Part shown: in pieces, positions 24,048-33,519 of the stretch | Layout of the letters: each line of letters starts with the position of its first letter | How positions within the stretch are numbered: the first letter of the stretch is position 1 | Assembly (NCBI GenBank): GCA_017523785.1 | Contig: JAFWVX010000025.1 | Span: forward strand, 9,255-73,254 | DNA: 64,000 bases | Source: Lachnospiraceae bacterium | Lineage (GTDB): Bacteria; Bacillota; Clostridia; Lachnospirales; Lachnospiraceae | Direction: 5' to 3' | The notes under the pieces: model-generated | The model's database searches: none | Told to the model about the DNA's origin: nothing | The model's input: the letters and a program-made list of their open reading frames with translations, nothing else | Program-made: the position numbers and the translations under genes

Positions 24048-24497
24048 ATGATTAGAAAAGCAACGGATAAAGATGTAGAAAAGATATTGCATTTCATCAA
24101 AGAACTTGCAAAATATGAAAAGATGGAAAATGATGTGGCTGCAACTTCAGAATTGATTAGAGAGTGGATATTTGAAAAGAAAAAGGCAAATGTCATCTTT
24201 GTAATGGATGGTGAAAAAGAAGTTGGGTATGCACTTTATTTTTATAATTACTCAACATTTACTGGAAAGGCAGGCATATATTTAGAGGATTTGTTCGTCT
24301 TGCCTGAATATCGTGGTAAAGGATATGGAAAAGAATTATTTAATGAATTAAAGAGGATTTGCAAGGATGAGAAACTTGGACGAATTGATTGGCAATGTCT
24401 CGACTGGAACGAGCCAAGTATAAAGTTTTATGATAGCCTCAGCGCTAAGAAGCATAGCCAGTGGTTGAATTATAGGTTGGAAGAAAAAGATTTTTAA
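24048..24497 (+). CDS. GNAT acetyltransferase, spermidine/spermine (diamine) N-acetyltransferase-like
   Basis: LAKYEKM..., YLEDLFVLPEYRGKGYGKELF, and a length of about 150 aa. Confidence 0.8.
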   Translation: MIRKATDKDVEKILHFIKELAKYEKMENDVAATSELIREWIFEKKKANVIFVMDGEKEVGYALYFYNYSTFTGKAGIYLEDLFVLPEYRGKGYGKELFNELKRICKDEKLGRIDWQCLDWNEPSIKFYDSLSAKKHSQWLNYRLEEKDF

Positions 24498-24550
24498 AAG
24501 TAATTATATATAGTGGATTTGCTTTTAGCAGATGATGATACAAAAATGCA

Positions 24551-26737
24551 ATGAGTAAGCGAGTTAAAAAAGGAATAGATGATTTAGAAACTTTGTATCC
24601 TGAACTAGCAAAAGAATGGCACCCAACACTTAATGGAACTTTACTCCCAAGTGATGTTTTGCCGGGTAGTAATAGGAAAGTTTACTGGAAATGTTTAAAG
24701 TGTAATTATGTTTGGAAAGCCGAAATTTGTAATAGGGCTAAACTAAAAAGAGGATGTCCGTGCTGTGCAAATAAAGTTACTGTAAAAGGAGTTAATGATT
24801 TAGCAACAACCCATCCAGAAATAGCAAAAGAGTGGTACCAGCCTTTAAATGGAGATATAACACCAAGCGATGTTACACATGGTTGTGGAAAGAAGTTTGG
24901 TTGGATATGCCCAAGAGGTCACATATATACAGCAACAGTATTACACAGGACAAATGGTGCGGGAACTAAATGTCCTATATGCAATTCTGGTAGACAAACA
25001 TCTTTTGCGGAGCAAGCGTTATATTATTATATAAAGCAGATTTTTCCTGACGCAATAAATAGTTATAAAGATATTTTTGAAAATTCTATGGAATTAGATA
25101 TTTACATTCCTTGCTTAAAAGTTGGAATCGAATATGATGGAGTATATTGGCATCACAAAAAAGAAGCAATATATGAAAGAGAAAAACGAAAATATGATGT
25201 TTGTAAAAACAACGGAATAAAACTAATTCGCGTAAGAGAAAAAAGAAAGTATGAAAATGAGAAGCCAGCAGCAGACTTGTGTTTTTATTTGCAAAATGAC
25301 AAAAATGATGAAAAGGCACTAAACGGAATTATTAATATTGTGTTTAAAAACATTTTTTTTATAGCAAATGAAAATAAAGAAAATATTATTCCCAATATTG
25401 ATATAACAAGAGATAAATTTGAAATATTATCATATTTAAAAGGTCCAGTGAAGAATTCTCTTCAAGAAGTTGCACCAGAACTTGTTAAAGAATGGGATTT
25501 TGAAAAAAATGGAAACTTAAAGCCAGATATGATAGCTAGTGGATCTTCACAATCAGTATATTGGGTTTGTCAAACATGCGGATATAGTTGGAAAGCAACT
25601 ATTTATAATCGAGTAAAGATGCACAGGGGTTGTCCAAAGTGTGCAGGGTTTGTTTTTGAAAAGTGTGTAAATGATTTAAAAACTAAGAACCCAGAGTTAC
25701 TTGTTGATTGGGATTATGAAGCAAATAATAAAAACAATATCTATCCAGATAAAATAATATTTAATAGTACTAAAAAAGTGAAATGGATATGTCACACTTG
25801 TGGACATAAATGGTCAACTCAATTAAACCTTAGAACAGTTCAAGGAAGAGGTTGTATAAATTGCGGATATAAAGTTGGAAAAAAAATAAAACAAAAAAGA
25901 TTGCTTGAGCAACAAGGCTGTATAAGCGATAAATTATTATTGAAAGAATGGGATTATGACAAGAATAGTAAAATAGGTTTATTTACAAATGAGCTAACTG
26001 CAGGAAGCAATAAATCAGCATTTTGGATTTGTTCAAAATGTGGTTATAAATGGAAAGCACCTATAGCTCGCAGAAGTAAGGGGGCAGGATGTAGAAAGTG
26101 TGCGGATAAAGCAAACCCAGACTTAAAAAGAAAATTGCTTATAAAAAAAGGACATGTATTAAATGATAAATTATTACTAAAAGAGTGGGACTACGATAAG
26201 AATGTTAAGAAGCCACAAGAATATACTTTTGGAAGTGGGGAAAAGGTACATTGGATATGTTCTAAGTGTGGTTATAAATGGAGTGCAATAATTAGTTCAC
26301 GACACAAAGGGGCAGGTTGTCCAGCTTGTGCTGGAAACATATTAATAAAAGGAAAGAATGATTTAGCGACGGTAAAACCTCAACTTGCAAAAGAGTGGGA
26401 TTATCAAAAGAATAAAAAATTGAAACCTAATAAAGTAGCATACTCGTCTGCTAAAAAGTATTGGTGGATATGTCCAAAAGGACATGATAGTTATTTAGCT
26501 TCGCCATCACATAGAATAAATGGGACAGGGTGTCCTATATGTGGGAACATAAGAGCCGGAGAGAAAAATAGTAGAGCAGTTGATCAATTATCATTAGATG
26601 GAACTTATATTAAAACATTTAAAAGTCTTAGAGCAGCTTCAGATGCATGCAGTTTATCATATGGCGCTATATCTAATGCTATTAGAAACAATGCAACATC
26701 CGGTGGATATAGATGGCGACACCATGAAAGTAATTAA
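24551..26737 (+). CDS. Multi-zinc-ribbon (DUF4379-like x7) protein with PD-(D/E)XK nuclease-like core and C-terminal NUMOD/IENR-like HTH
   Basis: Seven repeats of L.KEWD...N....P......S..KV.W.C.KCGY.W.A....R.....GCP.C. Nuclease-like segment ELDIYIPCLKVGIEYDGVYWHHKK...KLIRVRE. Tail ...FKSLRAASDACSLSYGAISNAIRNNATSGGYRWRH. Confidence 0.75.
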   Translation: MSKRVKKGIDDLETLYPELAKEWHPTLNGTLLPSDVLPGSNRKVYWKCLKCNYVWKAEICNRAKLKRGCPCCANKVTVKGVNDLATTHPEIAKEWYQPLNGDITPSDVTHGCGKKFGWICPRGHIYTATVLHRTNGAGTKCPICNSGRQTSFAEQALYYYIKQIFPDAINSYKDIFENSMELDIYIPCLKVGIEYDGVYWHHKKEAIYEREKRKYDVCKNNGIKLIRVREKRKYENEKPAADLCFYLQNDKNDEKALNGIINIVFKNIFFIANENKENIIPNIDITRDKFEILSYLKGPVKNSLQEVAPELVKEWDFEKNGNLKPDMIASGSSQSVYWVCQTCGYSWKATIYNRVKMHRGCPKCAGFVFEKCVNDLKTKNPELLVDWDYEANNKNNIYPDKIIFNSTKKVKWICHTCGHKWSTQLNLRTVQGRGCINCGYKVGKKIKQKRLLEQQGCISDKLLLKEWDYDKNSKIGLFTNELTAGSNKSAFWICSKCGYKWKAPIARRSKGAGCRKCADKANPDLKRKLLIKKGHVLNDKLLLKEWDYDKNVKKPQEYTFGSGEKVHWICSKCGYKWSAIISSRHKGAGCPACAGNILIKGKNDLATVKPQLAKEWDYQKNKKLKPNKVAYSSAKKYWWICPKGHDSYLASPSHRINGTGCPICGNIRAGEKNSRAVDQLSLDGTYIKTFKSLRAASDACSLSYGAISNAIRNNATSGGYRWRHHESN

Positions 26738-26750
26738 TAATAATCTTATA

Positions 26751-26951
26751 TTATAAATTTTGATTCTTTCGAGTCGCTTTTATTATTCTATTTATTTCTT
26801 TTAGTGACATTCCAGAGATATTGTTCTTTTTTGCTTCATTTCTTAAAGTATTAACAACGTCAATAAATTCATCGTTGAGAGATGAAAAACTTTTTGATGA
26901 AGTCTTATTTAAAGCATTATAGTTTTTAACATTCATAGTTTTTGTTGACAT
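26751..26951 (-). CDS. Small 66-aa protein, third gene of the ParE/Phd operon
   Basis: Starts 9 nt after the toxin gene. No motif was recognised. Confidence 0.45.
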   Translation of the reverse strand: MSTKTMNVKNYNALNKTSSKSFSSLNDEFIDVVNTLRNEAKKNNISGMSLKEINRIIKATRKNQNL

Positions 26952-26959
26952 AAAAATCT

Positions 26960-27280
26960 TTATTGGCTGTTCAATATTGATGCAATATCCATTTTTGAGT
27001 AGAGAAATCTTACTATTACAATTTGTTTTGATTCTATTTGGAAAAACAAAATATAATTCTTTACTTTGACTCTTCTAACAGTTTCATCTTCGATACCATA
27101 ATATCTACAATCTTTAGATATCATTGGGTCATCACATACTGCATCTAGTTTATCGTTAATAGCATTATATAATTTTGTTGCAGCCTGTGTGTTCTTTAAA
27201 TTATTTGTAATATAATCTATTGTATTATCAATATCTATTTTTGCAGTGTCTGATATTGAGAGTTTATATTTAGAGTCCAT
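26960..27280 (-). CDS. RelE/ParE family toxin
   Basis: Pattern Y.L.IS..A..DI...IDYI...L....AA..L...I......L...P, then RRVKVKNYILFFQIE...IVIVRFLY. Confidence 0.8.
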   Translation of the reverse strand: MDSKYKLSISDTAKIDIDNTIDYITNNLKNTQAATKLYNAINDKLDAVCDDPMISKDCRYYGIEDETVRRVKVKNYILFFQIESKQIVIVRFLYSKMDIASILNSQ

Positions 27281-27530
27281 ACTTTTCTTTCAATTCCTTC
27301 ATGAACTTTTTGCCGTCGCTAACCTTGCCGTTTTTAATATCATCTAAACCTTCCATGATTTGATGTTTTACTATCAGCTTTTCAAATACTTTGTTATAGT
27401 AGTCAACATTCATTACTACCATATTGCCATATCCATTTTTGGTTACATAAATTGGCTCGTTTGCATTTTCGCACATAGTCGAAAACTTATTAGTGTCTTT
27501 TAGTTCTTTAATTGGTACAATTATAGCCAT
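27270..27530 (-). CDS. Phd/YefM family antitoxin
   Basis: N-terminus MAIIVPIKELKDTNKFSTMCENANEPIYVTKNGYGNMVVM. Overlaps the toxin start by 11 nt. Confidence 0.8.
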   Translation of the reverse strand: MAIIVPIKELKDTNKFSTMCENANEPIYVTKNGYGNMVVMNVDYYNKVFEKLIVKHQIMEGLDDIKNGKVSDGKKFMKELKEKYGL

Positions 27531-27595
27531 AGTTTAATCCTCCTAATTGTGGTATAATTATACCATAATTATCTTTAATAATCAATCAATATCTT

Positions 27596-29352
27596 TTAAA
27601 TGAAAGCCCCTTCTTTTAAAATTTTTATTGTACACCCTGCAGTGTTTTTATGTTCTTTGTTGTGTGTAGATAGGATTATGGTTTTGTTGTAGGTTGTTGT
27701 TAATTTTGTCAGTGTGGAAATCACCAATTCTTGATTATCACTATCAAGTGATGCAGTAGGCTCATCAAAAATAAGAATGGAAGAATTTTGTAAAAGAGAT
27801 TGGCAAATTGCAACTAACTGTTTTTCGCCACCACTTAACTCAGAAAACTTTTTATCAAGAAATTTTGCGATGCTAAGTTCATTTGCAAATTTTTCTACAT
27901 TTTTCATTTGCTCTTTTGTGGGTTTTTCGTAAAACTTTAATTCATTAACCATTCCAAGAATTAAATAGTCTCTAACCAATATGTTACTGATATTATAAAA
28001 ATCTTGCCTCACATATGAAATGTATTTACTTCTATCTAACAAACTTAACTTGTTAATATCAACAAAGATATCTTTTTGCAATTTGTCTGAAAATTTAATT
28101 AAAACATTTCCAAATGTTGGTTTTAAAATACCTGCAATTAGTTTTAGGAGTGTAGTTTTGCCAGAGCCATTTGCACCATATAAAAGAATAAAGTCATTTT
28201 GTTTTATGCAAAGTGAAATGTTATTTAAAATATATTCACTCTGCTTATTATATTTATAATATAAATTACTTATGCAGAGTAAAGAAACAGCATCATTTTT
28301 AATAGAGACATTTTCAGAGTTTTCTGCAAATTTTATATTATCAATAACATTAATGTCGTTTTTTGTGATGCCTTTTTGATTGTATCTATTAAACAAAATA
28401 ATAGTGAAAATTATTGAGCCTAAAACACCTGTTATTGCTGAGATTGGTATTTCGCTTTGAGCAAGAGATCTTGATAAGGCATCAGCGATAAGTGTAAAAG
28501 TAGCGCCAAACACTGTGCAGAAAGGTAGCGTTCTATTTACATTTCGCCCCAAAAGAACACGTACTATGTGTGGGGTTATTAGACCTACCCAACTGATAGT
28601 TCCGCAAATTGAGACAATAGTTGCAGTGAGCAATGTTGCAATTGCAACAATTAGATTTCTATATAAAATATAATTAACACCTTTTGTTTCGGTTTCCTCT
28701 TTGCCAAGTGCAACAAGATTGATGCGATGGCTTATAAAGAAAAGGATAGCAGATAGTATAAGAACTATAGGAAAAACGAATAGTATGTTTTGATATGTGA
28801 CATTAGCAAAACTTCCCATTAGCCAATATACGATAGTTGCAAGTTGTGTTTCAGGATTTACAAGATATTTAATAGAGGTAAGAATGCTTGACATAAAACT
28901 GCCAACTATAATGCCGGACAAAATTAAAGTAATGTTATTTTTGTTTTTAAAAATGTTAGAAATTAAAACAGTGAGTAATACAGTTAAAATGCCAAACGAA
29001 AAAGACAAAGAGATAATAAAGAAATTTGACAATCCAAAAACAATCCCGATAGCTGCACCGATGCCTGCACCCTGCGACACACCAAGTAGATCTTGAGAAA
29101 TTAAATCATTTTGGAATGTTTCTTGGTAAATGAGACCTGATAATGAAAGACTTATACCAGCAAGACTCGCAATAATTGCACGTGGCAATCGCAAATTAAA
29201 AATTATGTTTTTTCTAGTTGAAAGCTGTGAAAGTTTAAATTGAAAATATCATTAAGATTGATTTCATATCTACCTATAAAAAGAGATGAAATAAAAATTG
29301 TTATGTAGATTATTATTGAAAATGTTAAATATTTTTTATATCTACTGCTCAT
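27596..29352 (-). pseudogene. Fused FecCD-type permease + ABC ATPase gene interrupted by a frameshift in an A6 tract
   Basis: The N-terminal 49 codons (29352..29206, MSSRYKKY...FQLEKT) stop at 29203-29205. The remaining ORF (from 29194) continues in the -1 frame with ...NLRLPRAIIASLAG (FecCD signature), then Walker A GANGSGKTT, LSGGEKQ and Walker B ILIFDEP. One extra A in the run at 29208-29213 would give a single ORF. Confidence 0.6.
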
Positions 29353-30397
29353 TACTAATACTTCTTCCATTAGGACCTTTTCCTTCAAGCATATAACCAA
29401 TTTGTTTTTCTGTAAGATCTACATTAAAATATTCTTTAAATGTTGATTTTATCATATTTGAAACATTAAAATTTGTATTGTTAAGAATATTTGACATGTC
29501 GTAAAAGAAAATAGGAGTTGTGATAGAAAGTTGTTCAAAACTTGTCAAACCAAAAGGAATTTGGTAAATGTTGTTATTTTTGACTGCATCCAAATCTTTA
29601 TAAATATCATCATTTTTTAATTTTTCTTTTAATATATTTTGAAAGATACCACCAATAACAAAGACATCGGGATTATATTTACAAATTTCTTCCTTTGAAG
29701 GTTTGGTTGTATTAAAAAATTTTCCAGCATAGTCAAAGCCCAATTTTCTAAAAGCAAACTCAGTGAAAGAGCCTTTGGTGTCAGTATATTCTATACCTTT
29801 GTTTTTATCGCCACGAACATAAAATAGTTTTTTATATTCTATTCTATTGTCATTTGAGTTGCTACATTTTTCTATAGCATCAATTACATCTTGCTTCCAC
29901 GTTAAAACTTTTTTATGAACTTCTTTGTCATCCCATATGTTCATAATCATGTCTGCAAAAAAGAATAAATAGTCATCGTAAGTTGGATTACCATATAAAG
30001 ATATGCAGAGAGAGTTTATTCCGTGTGCCTTTAGATTATCCGATATGTATTTTTCTGGTGCAAAAACCAAATCAATTTTTCTAGTTAAAAAAGTTTCATA
30101 GTTTTCTTCATATTCGTATCTATATTCATTTTTAGAATTTGGATAAACAGTTTCAAGCCAAGGATTGTCATAGATGTTTTTATATGCACCATCAATTTTA
30201 TCTGATAATCCGAAAGCAACAAGTAAATCATAAGTGGTTCTTGAGACACAAGCAACCCTTTGAGGATTTTTAGGTATGGTAATAGTGTCACCAAGCATAT
30301 CAGTTATTGTTACTAAATTATTATTTTGAACTTGATATTTGCAAGATGTGGAAATAATTATTATGATTAATGTTAATATAGAACATAGTTTTTTCAT
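29342..30397 (-). CDS. ABC transporter substrate-binding lipoprotein (iron-siderophore/cobalamin type)
   Basis: Lipobox IISTSC. RVACVSRTTYDLLVAFGLSDKIDG is typical of Peripla_BP_2. Sits in an operon with the FecCD permease. Confidence 0.75.
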   Translation of the reverse strand: MKKLCSILTLIIIIISTSCKYQVQNNNLVTITDMLGDTITIPKNPQRVACVSRTTYDLLVAFGLSDKIDGAYKNIYDNPWLETVYPNSKNEYRYEYEENYETFLTRKIDLVFAPEKYISDNLKAHGINSLCISLYGNPTYDDYLFFFADMIMNIWDDKEVHKKVLTWKQDVIDAIEKCSNSNDNRIEYKKLFYVRGDKNKGIEYTDTKGSFTEFAFRKLGFDYAGKFFNTTKPSKEEICKYNPDVFVIGGIFQNILKEKLKNDDIYKDLDAVKNNNIYQIPFGLTSFEQLSITTPIFFYDMSNILNNTNFNVSNMIKSTFKEYFNVDLTEKQIGYMLEGKGPNGRSISNEQ

Positions 30398-30410
30398 AAC
30401 TCTAGAATTC

Positions 30411-31118
30411 CTATTTTATATCAATAATATCATTTGGCTTCATAATAAGTGTAGTTGGAGTTACAAATTTGTTAGCCCTTTCCTCGCTGAATAATTCTCC
30501 TGGAGCCATATGATATGGAATAGTGTGCTTAGCTTTTATTAGCTTCTCGCACTCTATCGCTTCGGCGATGTCCATATTATAAATGCCATCCATTGGTAAA
30601 AATGCATAGTCAATGTCGTATGAAGCAAGGTCTTTCATCTGATTAGTTGTAGAAGTGTCGCCAGCAACATATATCTTTTTGCCATTAGAAGTGATGACAT
30701 AACCAACGCAATCTTTTGGACTGTGATTTTTGTTACTTGCTTCTACAGGTTCGATGTGCATACCCAATTCATCAAAAGTTTTGTATCCATTTTCATCAAA
30801 GCAATCTGCGCTTCTTATGATTTTTGCATTTTCATAATTTGGTATAAGTTCGACTTTCGTGTGGTCGTAATGTTCGTGAGTAATGAGAATTAAATCGCCA
30901 CTTTCTTTATAATCATTTCCAGCAAATGGGTCAATGTAGCAAACTTTCCCATCTCTAAGTAGCAATTTCAAACTCCCGTGTCCTAAGTACTGAATTCTAT
31001 CATATTCCATAATATCACCCTCCGTATTTTTATTTGCATTGCAAGAAAACAAAGATAAACTCATTAAAAGCAATGAGCCAATTAAAATAACATTAAGTTT
31101 TTTAGCAAGTTGTTTCAT
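30411..31118 (-). CDS. MBL-fold metallo-hydrolase lipoprotein
   Basis: Lipobox LSLFSC, HxHxDH motif LITHEHYDH, and later D/H ligands. Confidence 0.75.
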   Translation of the reverse strand: MKQLAKKLNVILIGSLLLMSLSLFSCNANKNTEGDIMEYDRIQYLGHGSLKLLLRDGKVCYIDPFAGNDYKESGDLILITHEHYDHTKVELIPNYENAKIIRSADCFDENGYKTFDELGMHIEPVEASNKNHSPKDCVGYVITSNGKKIYVAGDTSTTNQMKDLASYDIDYAFLPMDGIYNMDIAEAIECEKLIKAKHTIPYHMAPGELFSEERANKFVTPTTLIMKPNDIIDIK

Positions 31119-31241
31119 AGTATTATTATATCATTAAAAAATATTTACGCAATAACAATATGACGCAGTGGGAAATGATGTTGACTAATTAAGAATAGGT
31201 GTTATACTAATATATATTTGCGATTAGAGAAGGAGAAGAAA

Positions 31242-31691
31242 ATGAAATTTGTTATTCAAAGAGTTATAAACTCATCAGTAAAAGTTGATAATGAAGTTGT
31301 TGGAGCAATTGGGAAGGGCTTTATGGTTTTGATTGGTGTGGCGGACGGCGACACTAAAGAGATTGCCGACAAAATGATTGATAAAATGATAAAACTTAGG
31401 ATTTTTGAAGATAGTGAAGGAAAAACAAATTTGTCGCTTAATGATGTAGGAGGCGAGTTACTTCTCGTATCACAATTTACTTTATATGCTGACTGCAAAA
31501 AGGGCAACCGCCCAAGCTTTATTAAAGCCGGTAAACCAGATTTTGCAAATGAGATGTATGAGTACATTATAGATAAATGCAAAACTTATGAGGGTTTGAA
31601 AGTAGAGCGCGGTAAGTTTGGGGCAGATATGAAGGTCGAATTAATAAACGATGGACCATTTACTATCATTCTTGATAGCGACGAGCAGTAG
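31242..31691 (+). CDS. dtd: D-aminoacyl-tRNA deacylase
   Basis: MKFVIQRV... [11 protein letters not shown]...GNRPSF. GAAGGAG SD precedes the ATG at 31242, inside the listed 31218 ORF. Confidence 0.9.
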   Translation: MKFVIQRVINSSVKVDNEVVGAIGKGFMVLIGVADGDTKEIADKMIDKMIKLRIFEDSEGKTNLSLNDVGGELLLVSQFTLYADCKKGNRPSFIKAGKPDFANEMYEYIIDKCKTYEGLKVERGKFGADMKVELINDGPFTIILDSDEQ

Positions 31692-32067
31692 AAGTTTTGT
31701 GATTTAAAATTTCATTTAGCAATTCTTCGTATGTCATTTCTGATGAGGCAACTTTCAAACCAATCTTAACTACTTCGTCATTTGTAAAAGTTGTCTTGAT
31801 TCCACACAACTCTAAAAATGTTAGCATGACAAACATTCCAATTCTTTTATTTCCATCTACAAAGGCATGATTTGAAATTAAACTATATCCAAGGCGAGCA
31901 GCCTTTTCTTCTTTTGTCTTATATAATTCTTCGCCATCAAAAGTTTGATAAACTTGTTGAACACTGCTGTCGAGAAGTTTTATATCTCTAATATTTGGTT
32001 CGCCACCAGTTTCTTCAATCAAAATCTGATGAAGCAAAAGGACTTTGTCGTTATCAATCTTAATCAT
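31666..32067 (-). CDS. doc: Doc (death-on-curing) Fic-fold toxin
   Basis: Fic/Doc motif HAFVDGNKR and an N-terminus [12 protein letters not shown]...IRD..LLDS. Confidence 0.85.
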   Translation of the reverse strand: MIKIDNDKVLLLHQILIEETGGEPNIRDIKLLDSSVQQVYQTFDGEELYKTKEEKAARLGYSLISNHAFVDGNKRIGMFVMLTFLELCGIKTTFTNDEVVKIGLKVASSEMTYEELLNEILNHKTSTARRYQE

Positions 32068-32312
32068 TTCGCTAACTCCTCAAAAGCTTTGTGATATTTT
32101 TTCAAAACTCTTTTACTCGCAATCTGAAACATCTCTTCATCGGTGAGTTCAAATTTTTCATTTTGCTCACTGTCAATGCATTCTAAACAAAATGCAATCT
32201 TGTTATTTTTTAAAATGTAAACCTTTCCAAGTTCTTTGCATTTCCTTGCAACCTCGGAAAAGTTCTGGTTTGCCTTAGTTATAGATATTAAGTTTTCGTT
32301 TAACTCTGCCAT
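32064..32312 (-). CDS. Phd-like antitoxin of Doc
   Basis: AGGAG lies 5 nt before the ATG at 32312 (MAELNENLISITKANQNFSEV...). 4-nt overlap with doc. Confidence 0.7.
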   Translation of the reverse strand: MAELNENLISITKANQNFSEVARKCKELGKVYILKNNKIAFCLECIDSEQNEKFELTDEEMFQIASKRVLKKYHKAFEELAK

Positions 32313-32347
32313 ATGTCTCCTACAATATATCCTATAAATTAACCTAT

Positions 32348-32376
32348 ATTTTAACATTTAATTGCTTAAAAGTCAA
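32348..32376 (-). promoter_or_regulatory. Promoter of phd-doc
   Basis: On the minus strand: TTGACT, 17-nt spacer ending TGt, TAAAAT. Confidence 0.55.
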
Positions 32377-32382
32377 AAGTTA

Positions 32383-32465
32383 GCAAAACTTGTAAATTCT
32401 GACTCAAAAAACCACCCAAAACTTGTAAAATTTGACCATAAAAACCCCTTAAAACTTGTAAATAA
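32383..32465. repeat. 33-bp direct repeat, about 2.6 copies, with phased A-tracts
   Basis: The core AAAACTTGTAAA occurs at 32385, 32418 and 32451, exactly 33 bp apart. The first two copies extend to CAAAACTTGTAAA(T/A)T(C/T)TGAC..AAAAACC. Confidence 0.85.
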
Positions 32466-32556
32466 ATGTGTTATAATACACTATCATGGGCAAAGTCTAT
32501 TTTGCGTGCCCAGGTTTTTGAGTGGATTGATAAAAAGATATTAGAGGTGAAATGAA

Positions 32557-33513
32557 ATGGTTGATGAAAAAGCATTAAACCCTGAGTTAGAGGAATTGAA
32601 AAAACAAATTAATGTTTTAAAGGGAAAGGTTACAACACTCGAATCAGAAAAAAAGAAAATAGAAAATGAAGCTGAAGAAATAATTGGCAAGGCCATATAT
32701 GAAAAGAAAACTGGTCTTGAGAGGTCTTATGGTGAAGTTTTAAAAGAAGCTGAGCAGAGACTTAAGGCAAAAGAAAAAGAGAAGGCGGATGAGAGAAAGA
32801 AAAATTTAGATAGAGTTGTAAATGAAAACACAAAAGAGACAAAAGAAAATAATACTTATTTAAAAAATCACATTAAAAATATTTTAAAAGAAAATAAATT
32901 GCCAGCCTTTGTAAATAGTGATATATACATGGGCATATGGTACCCAGCAACAATAGCTGAAAAGGCAATAGGATTTTTTGCAGCAGTAGCAGTTTTAGCA
33001 ATTCCAACCATAATTGCATTTGGTGTATCAAAAGAAAATTTGATTAAAGCATTTCCAATTGCAATTTTTAGATACATTATCATTGCACTAATTTATCTTG
33101 GCGTGATTTTTATAGCAGGACTCATATGGCTTGCAGTAGAAAAGCTCACAAAGAAAAATGTTTCTGCCTTGAATGACATAAAAGAATTAAGAAAAAATAT
33201 TTCAGACAATGTGAAGAAGATAAAAAAGATTACAGAAGATACAAACAAAGAAATGACTGACGACAAATTTGATTACACAAAACTTGATAGAGAGATTGAG
33301 TCTTGCAAGTTGGAAGTAGAAAACTATAGAAAAAGAAAAGAGGATGCACTTAATCATTTTGAATCAGTGACAGTTGAAGAGATAAAAGAGAAAACTAAAA
33401 AAGAAATCGAAAAGAAAACTAAACCAATTGAAAATGAAATCGATACAGTAAAAAGTGAAATAGATCGCTTGCAAAAAGAGCACGACGAATTAAAACTCTC
33501 ATTAGCTGAATAA
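32557..33513 (+). CDS. Coiled-coil membrane protein, unknown function
   Basis: 318 aa: charged heptad-rich N- and C-terminal parts flank about three TM helices (aa ~125-200). GAGGTG SD. Confidence 0.65.
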   Translation: MVDEKALNPELEELKKQINVLKGKVTTLESEKKKIENEAEEIIGKAIYEKKTGLERSYGEVLKEAEQRLKAKEKEKADERKKNLDRVVNENTKETKENNTYLKNHIKNILKENKLPAFVNSDIYMGIWYPATIAEKAIGFFAAVAVLAIPTIIAFGVSKENLIKAFPIAIFRYIIIALIYLGVIFIAGLIWLAVEKLTKKNVSALNDIKELRKNISDNVKKIKKITEDTNKEMTDDKFDYTKLDREIESCKLEVENYRKRKEDALNHFESVTVEEIKEKTKKEIEKKTKPIENEIDTVKSEIDRLQKEHDELKLSLAE

Positions 33514-33519
33514 CGAATA

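Noticed and set aside
32362-32544. Listed 60-aa ORF (MLKSQKLAKLVNSDSKNHPKLVKFDHKNPLKLV...)
   Set aside because: Its periodic KLV peptide is just the 33-bp DNA repeat read in frame. It has a TTG start and no SD, and it spans two promoters.
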